Below the pieces are notes generated by a model. It was not told the DNA's origin. It ran no database searches and saw only the letters and a program-made list of their open reading frames with translations. The translations under genes were made by a program, and so were the position numbers. A stretch of DNA of 64,000 nucleotides from Pedosphaera sp. GTDB taxonomy: Bacteria; Verrucomicrobiota; Verrucomicrobiia; Limisphaerales; SIBH01. Location of the stretch: positions 14,698 through 78,697 of the forward strand of contig JANOQV010000164.1 of NCBI GenBank assembly GCA_031414955.1, read 5' to 3'. Shown here piece after piece: positions 63,731 to 64,000 of the stretch (the stretch's first letter is position 1; every line of letters starts with the position of its first letter).

Positions 63731-64000
63731 CAAGTGGTCACAAAGGGAGTTGGGATTGTTTCCAACAGGCGGCGATGATTTTCGGACGGCGGCGCAGCCG
63801 GCGCAGGGCGGCGGTGGCGTGGTGGCCCAGTTCGTGGATTTGGCGCACCAGCAGGTTGTCCAGTTCATGTTCCTTGAGGTGGCCCCAGAGGTATTCCACC
63901 GGGTTGAGCTCCGGCGCGTAGGCTGGGAGGCGTTCGACCACCAACCGGCCCGTGGTCGCCGTCACAAAGTCCCGCACCAGCGCGCTGCGGTGAATGGGCG
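63708..64000 (-). mobile_element. IS630-family insertion sequence (right end; transposase 3' part 63738-64000)
   Basis: RLPAYAPELNPVEYLWGHLK is the IS630/DDE_3 signature; the element end reads ...GTCTCAA followed by TA (63706-63707), the IS630 target dinucleotide. Confidence 0.9.

Overview
GC-rich bacterial chromosomal segment. The gene families, the secreted-protein tails and the H-X9-DG pseudopilins point to Verrucomicrobiota, probably Pedosphaera/Limisphaera-like (inference). Left part (1-28 kb), a signalling and surface-protein locus: a divergent secreted propeller/Calx-beta protein that runs off the window, an ECF sigma factor, two tandem Ser/Thr kinase-TM-WD40 paralogues, four large Cys-rich modular secreted proteins that all end in an 'FYR-xxxx' C-terminal domain, and a third kinase. 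Middle: housekeeping and accessory genes (ppaC, orphan parA, nth, lipoate ligase, yceI, oxidoreductases), then a divergent periplasmic nitrate reductase module (napD-napA-tetrahaem napB-ferredoxin versus tetrahaem cytochrome-NrfC-NrfD-like) that appears to split a nucleotide-sugar operon. Right part: PUR-like protein, yraN, a TatA-PgpA fusion, pgsA, rimO, rodZ-like, proC, a CotH protein, dnaA with upstream DnaA boxes, glnB, and a pseudopilin clipped by an IS630 element. The most unusual signal is a family of palindromic elements built from 7-nt tandem repeats. They occur between genes and also in frame inside proteins, with four different repeat units at the same two loop positions of the two paralogous kinases. 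GGAG-headed REP doublets and a TTA-flanked MITE are also present. No rRNA, tRNA or CRISPR array was recognised. All calls were made by eye, without database searches.
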